Positions 24,779 through 32,907 of a stretch of DNA of 64,000 bases are shown piece by piece; position 1 is the first letter of the stretch; each line of letters begins with the position of its first letter. The stretch spans positions 595 through 64,594 of the forward strand of contig DATJWE010000230.1 in the NCBI GenBank assembly GCA_035501475.1. The letters run 5' to 3'. The translations under genes and the position numbers were made by a program. The stretch is from Puia sp. (GTDB lineage Bacteria > Bacteroidota > Bacteroidia > Chitinophagales > Chitinophagaceae). The notes below the pieces were generated by a model, which ran no database searches, had not been told where the DNA came from, and saw only the letters and a list, made by a program, of their open reading frames with translations.

Positions 24779-25345
24779 ATGAAACCATTAACCATTGGCC
24801 TTATCCTAATCATTTGCATTTATAACGTAAATGCACAAACGAATAATACCGCAACGGCAAAAGCACCTGATCCCCAGTTTTTAAATCACGTGTATTTTTA
24901 TCATGCAGATTCCCTGGCCTCATTGGAACAAATTGAGGCACGCTACAAATCAAAACCAAAAGGATTTGGAGGCAATGAGACCGGGTTTGAGATGAATGGA
25001 GAAAAATCCCCCGTCCGTATCAAGGCGGGGGATACTATCCGTTTCGCCGTGAAGATGAACGGAATGATGAGTGATCCGACAACAATGATCAAGCTATATC
25101 ATTTCGACTCCAGAAAAGGAAACCGGGAGGCCATTATGAATAGCCAGTCATCCATGTACAGCAAGGCGAAAGAACCTGAGAACACTATTGCTTTCAATGT
25201 TCAAAAATCCGGAAACGATGTTTTTATTATCATGCCGGCATCTGCACTCGGCACAGGCGAATATGGTTTCCTGAATATGATGCTGATGAATGGCGGCGGG
25301 ATGAAGATGAGTTATACTGTATTTGCTTTCGGTGTTGATCCCTGA
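24779..25345 (+). CDS. Exported hypothetical protein (188 aa)
   Basis: Signal peptide MKPLTIGLILIICIYNVNAQ, 18 nt after the barrel gene. I recognise no domain. Confidence 0.65.
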   Translation: MKPLTIGLILIICIYNVNAQTNNTATAKAPDPQFLNHVYFYHADSLASLEQIEARYKSKPKGFGGNETGFEMNGEKSPVRIKAGDTIRFAVKMNGMMSDPTTMIKLYHFDSRKGNREAIMNSQSSMYSKAKEPENTIAFNVQKSGNDVFIIMPASALGTGEYGFLNMMLMNGGGMKMSYTVFAFGVDP

Positions 25346-25570
25346 ATCCTTTCTACCGAAGGTTTGGATGGACACGGATTTGTACGATCCGTATTAATCT
25401 GTGGAATCTGTGTACTCCTTTTTTTCCAAATCCGGGAGAATATCTCCCCTTTCAAAAAATACTTTTCACAGATCATTAGCGTTTTATTAGTGTAGATCTT
25501 TCTGATTTCATTAAACCCGGGGCCCATCGCAAGGTCTTACTAAGCAATGGCCTTACATAAAATCGACGTT

Positions 25571-25642
25571 ATGAAAATGAAATTAGTTATAGGCGCTGTG
25601 ATTCTGGCTCTTGTAGGCCTGGCATCCGTAGGATTTTCATAG
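25571..25642 (+). CDS. Candidate 23-aa hydrophobic micropeptide (speculative)
   Basis: The ATG-to-TAG ORF encodes MKMKLVIGAVILALVGLASVGFS, a single TM-like helix. It lies in a 465-bp gap upstream of a strong plus-strand terminator. Confidence 0.2.
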   Translation: MKMKLVIGAVILALVGLASVGFS

Positions 25643-25772
25643 AGAAACCTCTTGAAGATCTTACTGCGGAGAATCAAATGACGAAGTGCTTACGCTGAAA
25701 AGAAGCAATATGTCTTGCATTATCAGGATCGCAGATAAAATATATTAGAACCCGTGGAGACTTTTAACACCG

Positions 25773-25803
25773 ACCTTGCAGGTTCAGACCTGCAAGGTTT
25801 TTT
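25773..25803 (+). terminator. Strong rho-independent terminator
   Basis: ACCTTGCAGGT-tcag-ACCTGCAAGGT, an 11-bp perfect stem, followed by TTTTTT. Confidence 0.8.
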
Positions 25804-25810
25804 AATTTTA

Positions 25811-26662
25811 TCAATAATCAAGCACACCCATCTTACCCGTTTCATAATCCCTGATGGCTTTCTGAATTTCTTCAAAACTATTCATCACGAAGGGGCCATA
25901 GCTGACCACTTTTTCCTTAATGGGCAGGCCGCCAAACAGGATCAGTTCTGCATCTTCTGTGGCTGAGAACACTATCTGGTCTCCATCTATATTGAAATCA
26001 ACAATCTGGCCCGCCTTGATTTCTTCACCCAGGATTTTTATTTTTCCTACCATGAGGTAAATGCCGGCAGCATAAGATGGGTCGACCTGAAATATGAACA
26101 GTTTGTCTTTATTCAATTTAATATGATGATAAAACATGGCTGTATGGGTCTGTACCGGAGATTTTTTCCCGTTGAAATCCCCTATCAGCGTTTTCACCCA
26201 TGCATCACCGTTATCCGTTACAGGCAATAATTCCGAATCATAATGCCGGAAGGAAGAAGCAATGAATTTTTTATTTGAAGGAAGATTAATCCAAACCTGC
26301 ATCAACTGTAATCTGCCTCCTTGCTGAAGGAAACGATCGGTGGGTCCTTCCGAATGAATGATACCCGACCCTGACGTCATCCAGTTCAGATCACCAGCTC
26401 TGGCAACCTGGTCATTTCCTTTACTGTCGCGATGAAAAAATTCTCCATCCAGCAAATAGGTAACCACTTCGAAACCCGCATGCGGATGTGGAGGAATCCG
26501 GATAGAAGCACCTGGTTCGACTTCTGTCGGAACCATATAGTCAATGAAAATAAAGGGATCCACCTGTTTCAGGTTACGCGTCGGCAATGCTCTCTTCACC
26601 TTGTTTGCACCAACCCATTCTGTGCTGGAATTATCTAATTGAGCTATTGTTCTTGTGGTCAT
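25811..26662 (-). CDS. Pirin-family protein (two-cupin, 283 aa)
   Basis: PHPHAGFEVVTYLLDGEF.HRDS.G and the C-terminal pirin domain GPFVMNSFEEIQKAIRDY. Confidence 0.85.
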   Translation of the reverse strand: MTTRTIAQLDNSSTEWVGANKVKRALPTRNLKQVDPFIFIDYMVPTEVEPGASIRIPPHPHAGFEVVTYLLDGEFFHRDSKGNDQVARAGDLNWMTSGSGIIHSEGPTDRFLQQGGRLQLMQVWINLPSNKKFIASSFRHYDSELLPVTDNGDAWVKTLIGDFNGKKSPVQTHTAMFYHHIKLNKDKLFIFQVDPSYAAGIYLMVGKIKILGEEIKAGQIVDFNIDGDQIVFSATEDAELILFGGLPIKEKVVSYGPFVMNSFEEIQKAIRDYETGKMGVLDY

Positions 26663-26674
26663 ATAAACTCCTTT

Positions 26675-27388
26675 TTAAGACAACATCGGAACTTCGATGG
26701 CTAATATTTCCGAAGATTTATCTGCTTTTATTGAGAATCCATCTGTTTCTGAAATGCCAATCGCATCTCTTTTTCCAATCTTTTTGTTATCAATTGTGAT
26801 TTCGCCATCAATAACAAAAACATACACTCCGTTCCCTTTAAATTTGGGTACGAGCGAAATTTCTTTTCCTTCTTCCAGATTAGCAAGCGCAAATCTTGCA
26901 TCCTGGTTGATCCAAAGTGCGTTTTCTTTTTGGTCCGGGCTCACTACGACCTGCCATTTGTTGATTCGGTCCTTTGTGTCAAATCTTCGTTGGTCATAGC
27001 GTGGTTTAATATCCCGTTGTTTTGGAAATACCCAGATCTGTAAAAAATTCGTGGGTTCTGTTTTTGAATGATTGAATTCCGAATGCCGGATCCCGCTTCC
27101 TGCACTCATAATCTGTACATCGCCTGTGCGGATAATACCGTCGGTACCGGTGCTGTCCTTATGTGCCAGAGAACCTTTCAATGGAATGGAAACGATCTCC
27201 ATATTGTCATGTGGATGTGTTCCAAAACCACCACCACCGCTGACGATATCGTCATTTAAAACCCTCAGTGCACCAAAATGAACCTTGGCCGGATCATACC
27301 AATGACCAAAACTGAAGGAATGGTGGCTGTCCAGCCATCCAAAATTGACATGCCCTCTTTCCGGGGCGGGGTAAAATATAGTTTGCAT
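26675..27388 (-). CDS. Pirin-like (YhhW/quercetinase-type) protein
   Basis: SFSFGHWYDP...FGALRVLNDD...HPHDNMEIVSIPLKGSLAHKDSTG. Confidence 0.85.
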   Translation of the reverse strand: MQTIFYPAPERGHVNFGWLDSHHSFSFGHWYDPAKVHFGALRVLNDDIVSGGGGFGTHPHDNMEIVSIPLKGSLAHKDSTGTDGIIRTGDVQIMSAGSGIRHSEFNHSKTEPTNFLQIWVFPKQRDIKPRYDQRRFDTKDRINKWQVVVSPDQKENALWINQDARFALANLEEGKEISLVPKFKGNGVYVFVIDGEITIDNKKIGKRDAIGISETDGFSIKADKSSEILAIEVPMLS

Positions 27389-27529
27389 ATATTTGATTTT
27401 AACGATGTTTAAACATCAATTATAATACCAATTCATCCTGGCAGGAAGATAAGCCCTGTACCAGACCTTTCGTCAGTTTCGGGAATCGTGATTCGGGTGA
27501 CGGAGGCTTTAAGAAGCCTGGGATCGTAG

Positions 27530-28351
27530 TTAAAGGGGAACTGAGACTATATTTTCATTAGGCCTTTCTGTGTTAAACTCAAGTACAAACTGATTTTTTC
27601 CTTCGCCCACGAGGATATTCATATACCCCTGCTGAACGAGTTCCAACAAAGACAGGAAAAGGAATATAGCATGGATCCTGTTTTCACAGACATCAAGAAT
27701 TTTTTCAAAGGGTAATACTTTTTCTTTCTCCACCATGGAAAGCACGTAGTCCCTGCTTTCTTCCATGGTGTAATTATATTGTATTACTGTATGGACCGGT
27801 TTGTTTTTCTCTTCCTGCATACGCTGCAGCACGCGTTCAAATGTTTTCATCAGTTTGAACAGCGTGATGGTTTGAATTTCCGTCCCCTCGGCCGATTCTT
27901 CTCCGATCTGTGACAATTCTTTTTGCAGATTGCCCCGCTTAATCAACATCATACGCTCGGCTTCCTTTTCGGCCATCCGGGCAGCAGCTTCTTTGTATCT
28001 TTTATATTCAAGCACTTTGTCGATCAGTTCCTGCCTAGGATCGATTTCGTTGCCCTGCTCATCCAGCTCTTTTCGCGGAAGTAACATCTTTGCTTTAATA
28101 CGCATTAAAGTGGAAATAAAAAGAATGAATTCGCTCGACAATTCAATGTTGACGCTTTCCTGCGAATGGATATAATCGATGAAGTCCTGGATGATTTTAT
28201 TAATTGGAATATTGTATATATCCAATTCATCCCTTTCTATAAAAAAAAGCAGCAGATCGAATGGCCCTTCAAACTGGGAAAGTTTGATTTGATAAGAGGC
28301 AGCGTTCACTAATAAATATTTTAATGATGAATACCTTTCAAGTTCCGGCAA
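27530..28351 (-). CDS. scpA: Segregation and condensation protein A
   Basis: LSQFEGPFDLLLFFIERDELDIYNIPINKI is the ScpA N-terminal signature. Confidence 0.85.
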   Translation of the reverse strand: MPELERYSSLKYLLVNAASYQIKLSQFEGPFDLLLFFIERDELDIYNIPINKIIQDFIDYIHSQESVNIELSSEFILFISTLMRIKAKMLLPRKELDEQGNEIDPRQELIDKVLEYKRYKEAAARMAEKEAERMMLIKRGNLQKELSQIGEESAEGTEIQTITLFKLMKTFERVLQRMQEEKNKPVHTVIQYNYTMEESRDYVLSMVEKEKVLPFEKILDVCENRIHAIFLFLSLLELVQQGYMNILVGEGKNQFVLEFNTERPNENIVSVPL

Positions 28352-28381
28352 ATGTATGAAATCGCAAGGGAAGAAAATTCC

Positions 28382-29320
28382 TTATAATTTCACAGCCAAT
28401 CCTATCCCCAATATCTCCTGGACCTGCAATGTCGGCCCTCCGGGAGTTCCATCGCTCTTGACCGATTTGATATCATTATCATAGATAAGATTTAGTGAGA
28501 AGGTCACAGCGAGAACACCGGTCACTTTTACCGCAAGCAGATTGGTCATGTTGATATCGATGTCCTGCGGGTTGCGAAGATAATTGGAGAACAGATCAAG
28601 ACGACCAGTGTACACGGAGTTTGCTCCCACTTTGTGCATGTAATTAATCGTCGCATAGGCTCCGAATTCAAACCTTACATTTTTTCCGGAATCCACTCCA
28701 AAGGCTCCGGCGCTTGCCAGGGAATCATTTTTGACGATTACCCATCTTGCTGAAGCAGGGGAAACAAATACTGAAAAATGATCATCGGGCTTATAATTGA
28801 TACCTGGCGAAAGCAATACATAGGCAGGAGAGAAAAAATCCGAAGTTAGTATTTTGGTTGTGTCGTTGGGATAGTTATATCCTTTTGCGAATTGTGACCT
28901 GAAATTGAACAAGGCGCTCACATACCAGCTTTTAGCCACTTCATACCCGTATTTTGAAAGCAGATCAATTCTGTCATCTGTTTTTCGTGTACCCAGGCTC
29001 GTTGTTTTTACCCCGCCAATAGCAAGATTAAGTGTGTTGTCCCAGGAATACTTTCCTTTTTTGTAAAAGGCATAGCCGTAAAAAGTGCTGTTTAGTGCGA
29101 GAGAAGATTTATCGCCCCCCGCGGCCCAGTTACTTAAAGCTGCCTGGTTAAAAGTCAGCGTGAACAATCCCCCTGTTTTCCAGATCTTCGGAATCGTATC
29201 GTTCGGGTCCTTTTTTATTTCCTGAGAGGCATCTTTTTTGATGTTCTGTAAATCCTTATCCTGTGCATGCAGCATTACGATAGTGAACAGCATGCAGAAT
29301 CCCATGCAAAATTTTTTCAT
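28382..29320 (-). CDS. DUF3078-family outer-membrane protein
   Basis: Signal peptide plus WKTGGLFTLTFNQAALSNWAAGGDKSSLAL, which is characteristic of DUF3078. Confidence 0.75.
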   Translation of the reverse strand: MKKFCMGFCMLFTIVMLHAQDKDLQNIKKDASQEIKKDPNDTIPKIWKTGGLFTLTFNQAALSNWAAGGDKSSLALNSTFYGYAFYKKGKYSWDNTLNLAIGGVKTTSLGTRKTDDRIDLLSKYGYEVAKSWYVSALFNFRSQFAKGYNYPNDTTKILTSDFFSPAYVLLSPGINYKPDDHFSVFVSPASARWVIVKNDSLASAGAFGVDSGKNVRFEFGAYATINYMHKVGANSVYTGRLDLFSNYLRNPQDIDINMTNLLAVKVTGVLAVTFSLNLIYDNDIKSVKSDGTPGGPTLQVQEILGIGLAVKL

Positions 29321-29367
29321 AGTCTCTGTTTGTGGTATGATAAAATGCGATGAAAAATTTTTTGAAA

Positions 29368-29739
29368 TTATTTCTTTTTCAATTCATCGCGAATCTCGGC
29401 AAGCAGTTTTTCTGTAGCCGTTGGCTCAACTGCCGGGGGAACTTTTTTCTTTTCTATCGCTTTAGCAGCCTTAACAATGAGGAACAGGATGAAGGCAACA
29501 ATAATAAATTTAATGATTGCGGCAAGAAATTTGCCGTATTTAACCGTACCAATAGTTAGTTTATCTAGGTCTTCCACTTTCGCTGCTCTCAGGGCGGGTG
29601 TTAACAGAAGAGGTGTAACAACATCATCAACCAATGAGGAAACGATTGCCGTAAACGCTGCACCAATAACCACCGCAACCGCAAGGTCAATTACATTTCC
29701 GCGGAGGGCAAAATCCTTAAACTCTTTGAAGATACTCAT
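29368..29739 (-). CDS. mscL: Large-conductance mechanosensitive channel
   Basis: MSIFKEFKDFALRGNVIDLAVAVVIGAAF. I prefer the ATG at 29739 to the upstream in-frame start. Confidence 0.9.
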   Translation of the reverse strand: MSIFKEFKDFALRGNVIDLAVAVVIGAAFTAIVSSLVDDVVTPLLLTPALRAAKVEDLDKLTIGTVKYGKFLAAIIKFIIVAFILFLIVKAAKAIEKKKVPPAVEPTATEKLLAEIRDELKKK

Positions 29740-29917
29740 AAAATAGCAGTTTAATGTTAATGAAGATAGCACGAATTACACAAATTACACGGGCTAAATA
29801 TTGGACGAATTGTTTGCATCTTATATGAATTTGGATTGAATAGAGAATGTTATTTCCAGCCTCAAAAATTGTTAATCATACGATTTCATCAATTAGTGCA
29901 ATCCGCGTATTTCGTGA

Positions 29918-30481
29918 TTAAACTGACATGATCTCTTTTTCTTTTGTGGAAAGATGTTTTTCGACCAGGGAAATATATTTATCTGTCATTTCCTGCATTT
30001 TCTTTTCAGCATCTTTGGTTGCGTCTTCACTCAGCCCCTGCTTTTGCAATTTCTTTATATGTTCAATGGCATCACGCCTGATATTCCTGACAGCGACCTT
30101 CGAATGTTCTCCTTCAGCATTGGCTCTTTTTACATATTCCTTTCTCCTTTCTTCCGTCAGCGGAGGCATAAACAATCGGATAATATTGCCGTCGTTTTGA
30201 GGAGTGACACCCAGGTTGGCCGCGATGATTGCTCTTTCAATCGGCTGCAGCATGTTTTTTTCCCAGGGTTGAATCGTCAGAGTTCGGACATCCATCACCG
30301 ATATATTAGCTACCTGGTTCATCGGCGTGGGATTGCCGTAATAATCGATCGTAAGCCCATCAAGCATTTGAGGATTCGCTTTGCCGGCCCTGATTTTGAT
30401 CAGTTCATTTTCAAGATGATTGATTACTTTTTGCATGGAGCCCTGTGAATCGTTGAGGGTCCGGGCTAGATCGTCTGCCAT
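29918..30481 (-). CDS. frr: Ribosome recycling factor
   Basis: Full-length RRF pattern: IRAGKANPQMLDGLTIDYYG...PPLTEERRKEYVK...VAVRNIRRDA. Confidence 0.95.
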   Translation of the reverse strand: MADDLARTLNDSQGSMQKVINHLENELIKIRAGKANPQMLDGLTIDYYGNPTPMNQVANISVMDVRTLTIQPWEKNMLQPIERAIIAANLGVTPQNDGNIIRLFMPPLTEERRKEYVKRANAEGEHSKVAVRNIRRDAIEHIKKLQKQGLSEDATKDAEKKMQEMTDKYISLVEKHLSTKEKEIMSV

Positions 30482-30686
30482 AAATAGATAATTAAGCGGG
30501 ATGCAAACCTACATCAAAACAAAAATTACACAAAAAAAATGATTTTGTGAATTTGAATCCGAAAATCATATCGGCAGATAAGCAGTAATGTATTGAAAAT
30601 ATTTTCGCTCGACGATACCAGATGAGAAACTCACGCGAAGCCGCGATATATTTCTTACAAAATAAAAGGAATGCTATTCAGGCCTG

Positions 30687-31826
30687 TTAATTCTTTTGTT
30701 CCAGGATGGGATCTTTAACAAAAGTAACCAGTTTGGATTCGTTTATCTTGCCGTTCTCGTTAGCATTTTTGGACACAATTAATTTTGGTTTGCTACGTGC
30801 ATAATACGAGATCGCAATAAAACCAAAAAAGAAAACAAATACGGAAAGAATCAGCAAGGTGCATCCCAACGATCTTCCCAGATAGACCAGGGTAACCAAC
30901 CCAAGGTTCATAGCCACAAGAAGCAGGGTAATGGCTTTATGTGAAAGTCCTCTGTCGAGTAAAAGATGATGAATATGGTTTCGGTCAGGACTGAAAGGAG
31001 AACGCCTTTTAAATATTCTTATGGAAAATACCCGTAACGTATCCAGCAGGGGGATCATGAGGATGGTGAAACCAATGGCTGCAGCGGATTCCAACGGCTG
31101 TGCATTTTCGGCCGGATTGCTTGAATCAATAAATTTAATGGCCAGGATTGCATTAATCACTCCGATCAACAAAGAACCCGTATCACCCATAAATATTTTT
31201 GCCGGCTGAAAATTAAAAATCAGGAAAGCCATCAGGCTACCGCAAAGTGAAAACGCAAGAATATAATATGCGGGCATATTGACACTGAAAAAATAAATCC
31301 CGAATAATGCTGATGACATTAATCCAAGACTGCCAGCAAGTCCATCTACTCCATCAATAAGATTGAAAGAATTAATAATTACAATAACTGCAAAATACGT
31401 AATCAGCAGGCTGAACATTTCCGGCAATTGGTGAATCCCCAAAAAACCATTCATATCTCTGATCTGAATTCTTCCATAATAAATAATAAGAAATGCAGCG
31501 AGTACCTGACCGATAAATTTTTTTATGGGGGAGATAACCAGGATATCATCCTTCAGTCCAAGGAAAAAAATCACCAGGGTTGCAGCAATAAAATATTGAA
31601 ATTCGTAAGAAGCCCTGAAGTTAACAGTGAGCAGGCAGCCAAACACAAATCCCGCGAAAATGCCGATTCCGCCCAAAGGAGTAATTGCTGTTTGATGTAT
31701 TTTACGTGCATCAGGGACATCAAACAATTTCTTCATTTCGGCAACATTAATAATCACCGGGATGGCCAGGAAAGTAATGGTAAATGAGATGGCTACAGAG
31801 AGTATAACATCAAACATTGGCCTCAT
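30687..31826 (-). CDS. MraY/WecA-family (GT4) undecaprenyl-phosphate sugar-phosphate transferase
   Basis: A polytopic protein with NLIDGVDGLA and MGDTGSLLIG motifs. The ATG at 31826 is preceded by a -7 box. Confidence 0.8.
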   Translation of the reverse strand: MRPMFDVILSVAISFTITFLAIPVIINVAEMKKLFDVPDARKIHQTAITPLGGIGIFAGFVFGCLLTVNFRASYEFQYFIAATLVIFFLGLKDDILVISPIKKFIGQVLAAFLIIYYGRIQIRDMNGFLGIHQLPEMFSLLITYFAVIVIINSFNLIDGVDGLAGSLGLMSSALFGIYFFSVNMPAYYILAFSLCGSLMAFLIFNFQPAKIFMGDTGSLLIGVINAILAIKFIDSSNPAENAQPLESAAAIGFTILMIPLLDTLRVFSIRIFKRRSPFSPDRNHIHHLLLDRGLSHKAITLLLVAMNLGLVTLVYLGRSLGCTLLILSVFVFFFGFIAISYYARSKPKLIVSKNANENGKINESKLVTFVKDPILEQKN

Positions 31827-31835
31827 TTTGTAATA

Positions 31836-31843
31836 CAAAAATA
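31836..31843 (-). promoter_or_regulatory. -7 box TATTTTTG for the WecA-like gene
   Basis: TAnnTTTG on the minus strand, 9 nt from the ATG. Confidence 0.4.
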
Positions 31844-32016
31844 CAATTCCGATTTCTTGCGACAAATCCAGCCTAACCTTAAAAAACCTTCAATCGTATT
31901 AATCATCTTCTATCAAAAACTTCAGGCAGCAGATTGATGAGTTCTACAGAGCGAATAGGAAGGCAAATTAAAGTAAAAGTTTAATATTCGCTCGTATAAA
32001 CGATAAATAAATTCCA

Positions 32017-32024
32017 TAGCTTTG
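32017..32024 (+). promoter_or_regulatory. -7 box TAGCTTTG for the transketolase subunit gene
   Basis: TAnnTTTG, 28 nt upstream of the ATG at 32053. Confidence 0.4.
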
Positions 32025-32052
32025 CCGCCTGTGTTAAGATAAATAGTTTTAT

Positions 32053-32886
32053 ATGCCTGATTTAAAAGCAATTGCCGCGCAAATTAGAAGGGATATTGTC
32101 CGAATGGTTCATGGAGCTAACAGTGGTCATCCGGGCGGCTCATTAGGTTGTACTGACTTTTTTACTGCCTTGTACTTCGAAGTCATGCATCACAATCCTA
32201 AGTTTACAATGGATGGTAAAAATGAAGATATTTTTTTTCTATCTAATGGTCATATTTCACCTGTCTTTTATTCAGCACTTGCCCGCTCCGGTTATTTTGA
32301 TATCAAAGAGCTCGCCACCTTTCGAAAAATTAATTCCCGTTTGCAGGGTCATCCCGCTACACATGAGCATCTTCCAGGTATTCGTGTTGCCTCAGGTTCT
32401 CTGGGACAGGGCTTAAGCGTTGCTATCGGAGCTGCCCTATCAAAAAAACTCAATAACGATAAAAATATTGTGTTCTCCTTACACGGTGATGGTGAATTAG
32501 ATGAAGGTCAGATTTGGGAAGCGGCCATGTTTGCCCACCATCACAAAGTAGATAACCTGATTTCAACAGTCGACTGGAACCATGCGCAAATAGATGGCCC
32601 CACCGAAAAAGTGATGGACCTGGGAAATATACGATTGAAATTTGAAGCCTTTGGATGGACCACATTGGAAATGAATGGCAACGACATCGATGAAGTGATT
32701 GCGACACTGAATAAAGCAAAAGGCCTGCTCGGAAAAGAAAAACCGGTGGCCATCATGATGCATACAATAATGGGCAAAGGAGTCGATTTTATGGAAGGTG
32801 ATTATCATTGGCATGGTGTGGCTCCCAATGATGAACAACTGCAAAAAGCATTGGCGCAGTTACCTGAGACGCTCGGAGATTATTGA
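32053..32886 (+). CDS. Transketolase, N-terminal (TPP-binding) subunit of a split enzyme
   Basis: GHPGGSLGCTDFFTALYF...NGHISPVFYS...HGDGELDEGQIWEA. The 277 aa cover only the N-terminal half of a transketolase. Confidence 0.85.
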   Translation: MPDLKAIAAQIRRDIVRMVHGANSGHPGGSLGCTDFFTALYFEVMHHNPKFTMDGKNEDIFFLSNGHISPVFYSALARSGYFDIKELATFRKINSRLQGHPATHEHLPGIRVASGSLGQGLSVAIGAALSKKLNNDKNIVFSLHGDGELDEGQIWEAAMFAHHHKVDNLISTVDWNHAQIDGPTEKVMDLGNIRLKFEAFGWTTLEMNGNDIDEVIATLNKAKGLLGKEKPVAIMMHTIMGKGVDFMEGDYHWHGVAPNDEQLQKALAQLPETLGDY

Positions 32887-32907
32887 CAATTGGCAGCTCA
32901 ATTAATA

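Noticed and set aside
4479-25345. The cassette region as a mobile genomic island.
   Set aside because: I found no integrase, transposase, flanking tRNA or terminal direct repeats. The promoter style matches the rest of the window, so I cannot support a mobile-element call.
25312-25527. A 71-aa minus-strand ORF in the gap after the 188-aa gene.
   Set aside because: It overlaps the 3' end of the plus-strand gene, has no promoter box and has an odd composition.
29954-30448. A 164-aa plus-strand ORF antisense to frr.
   Set aside because: frr is a full-length, textbook RRF on the minus strand, so this is a shadow ORF.
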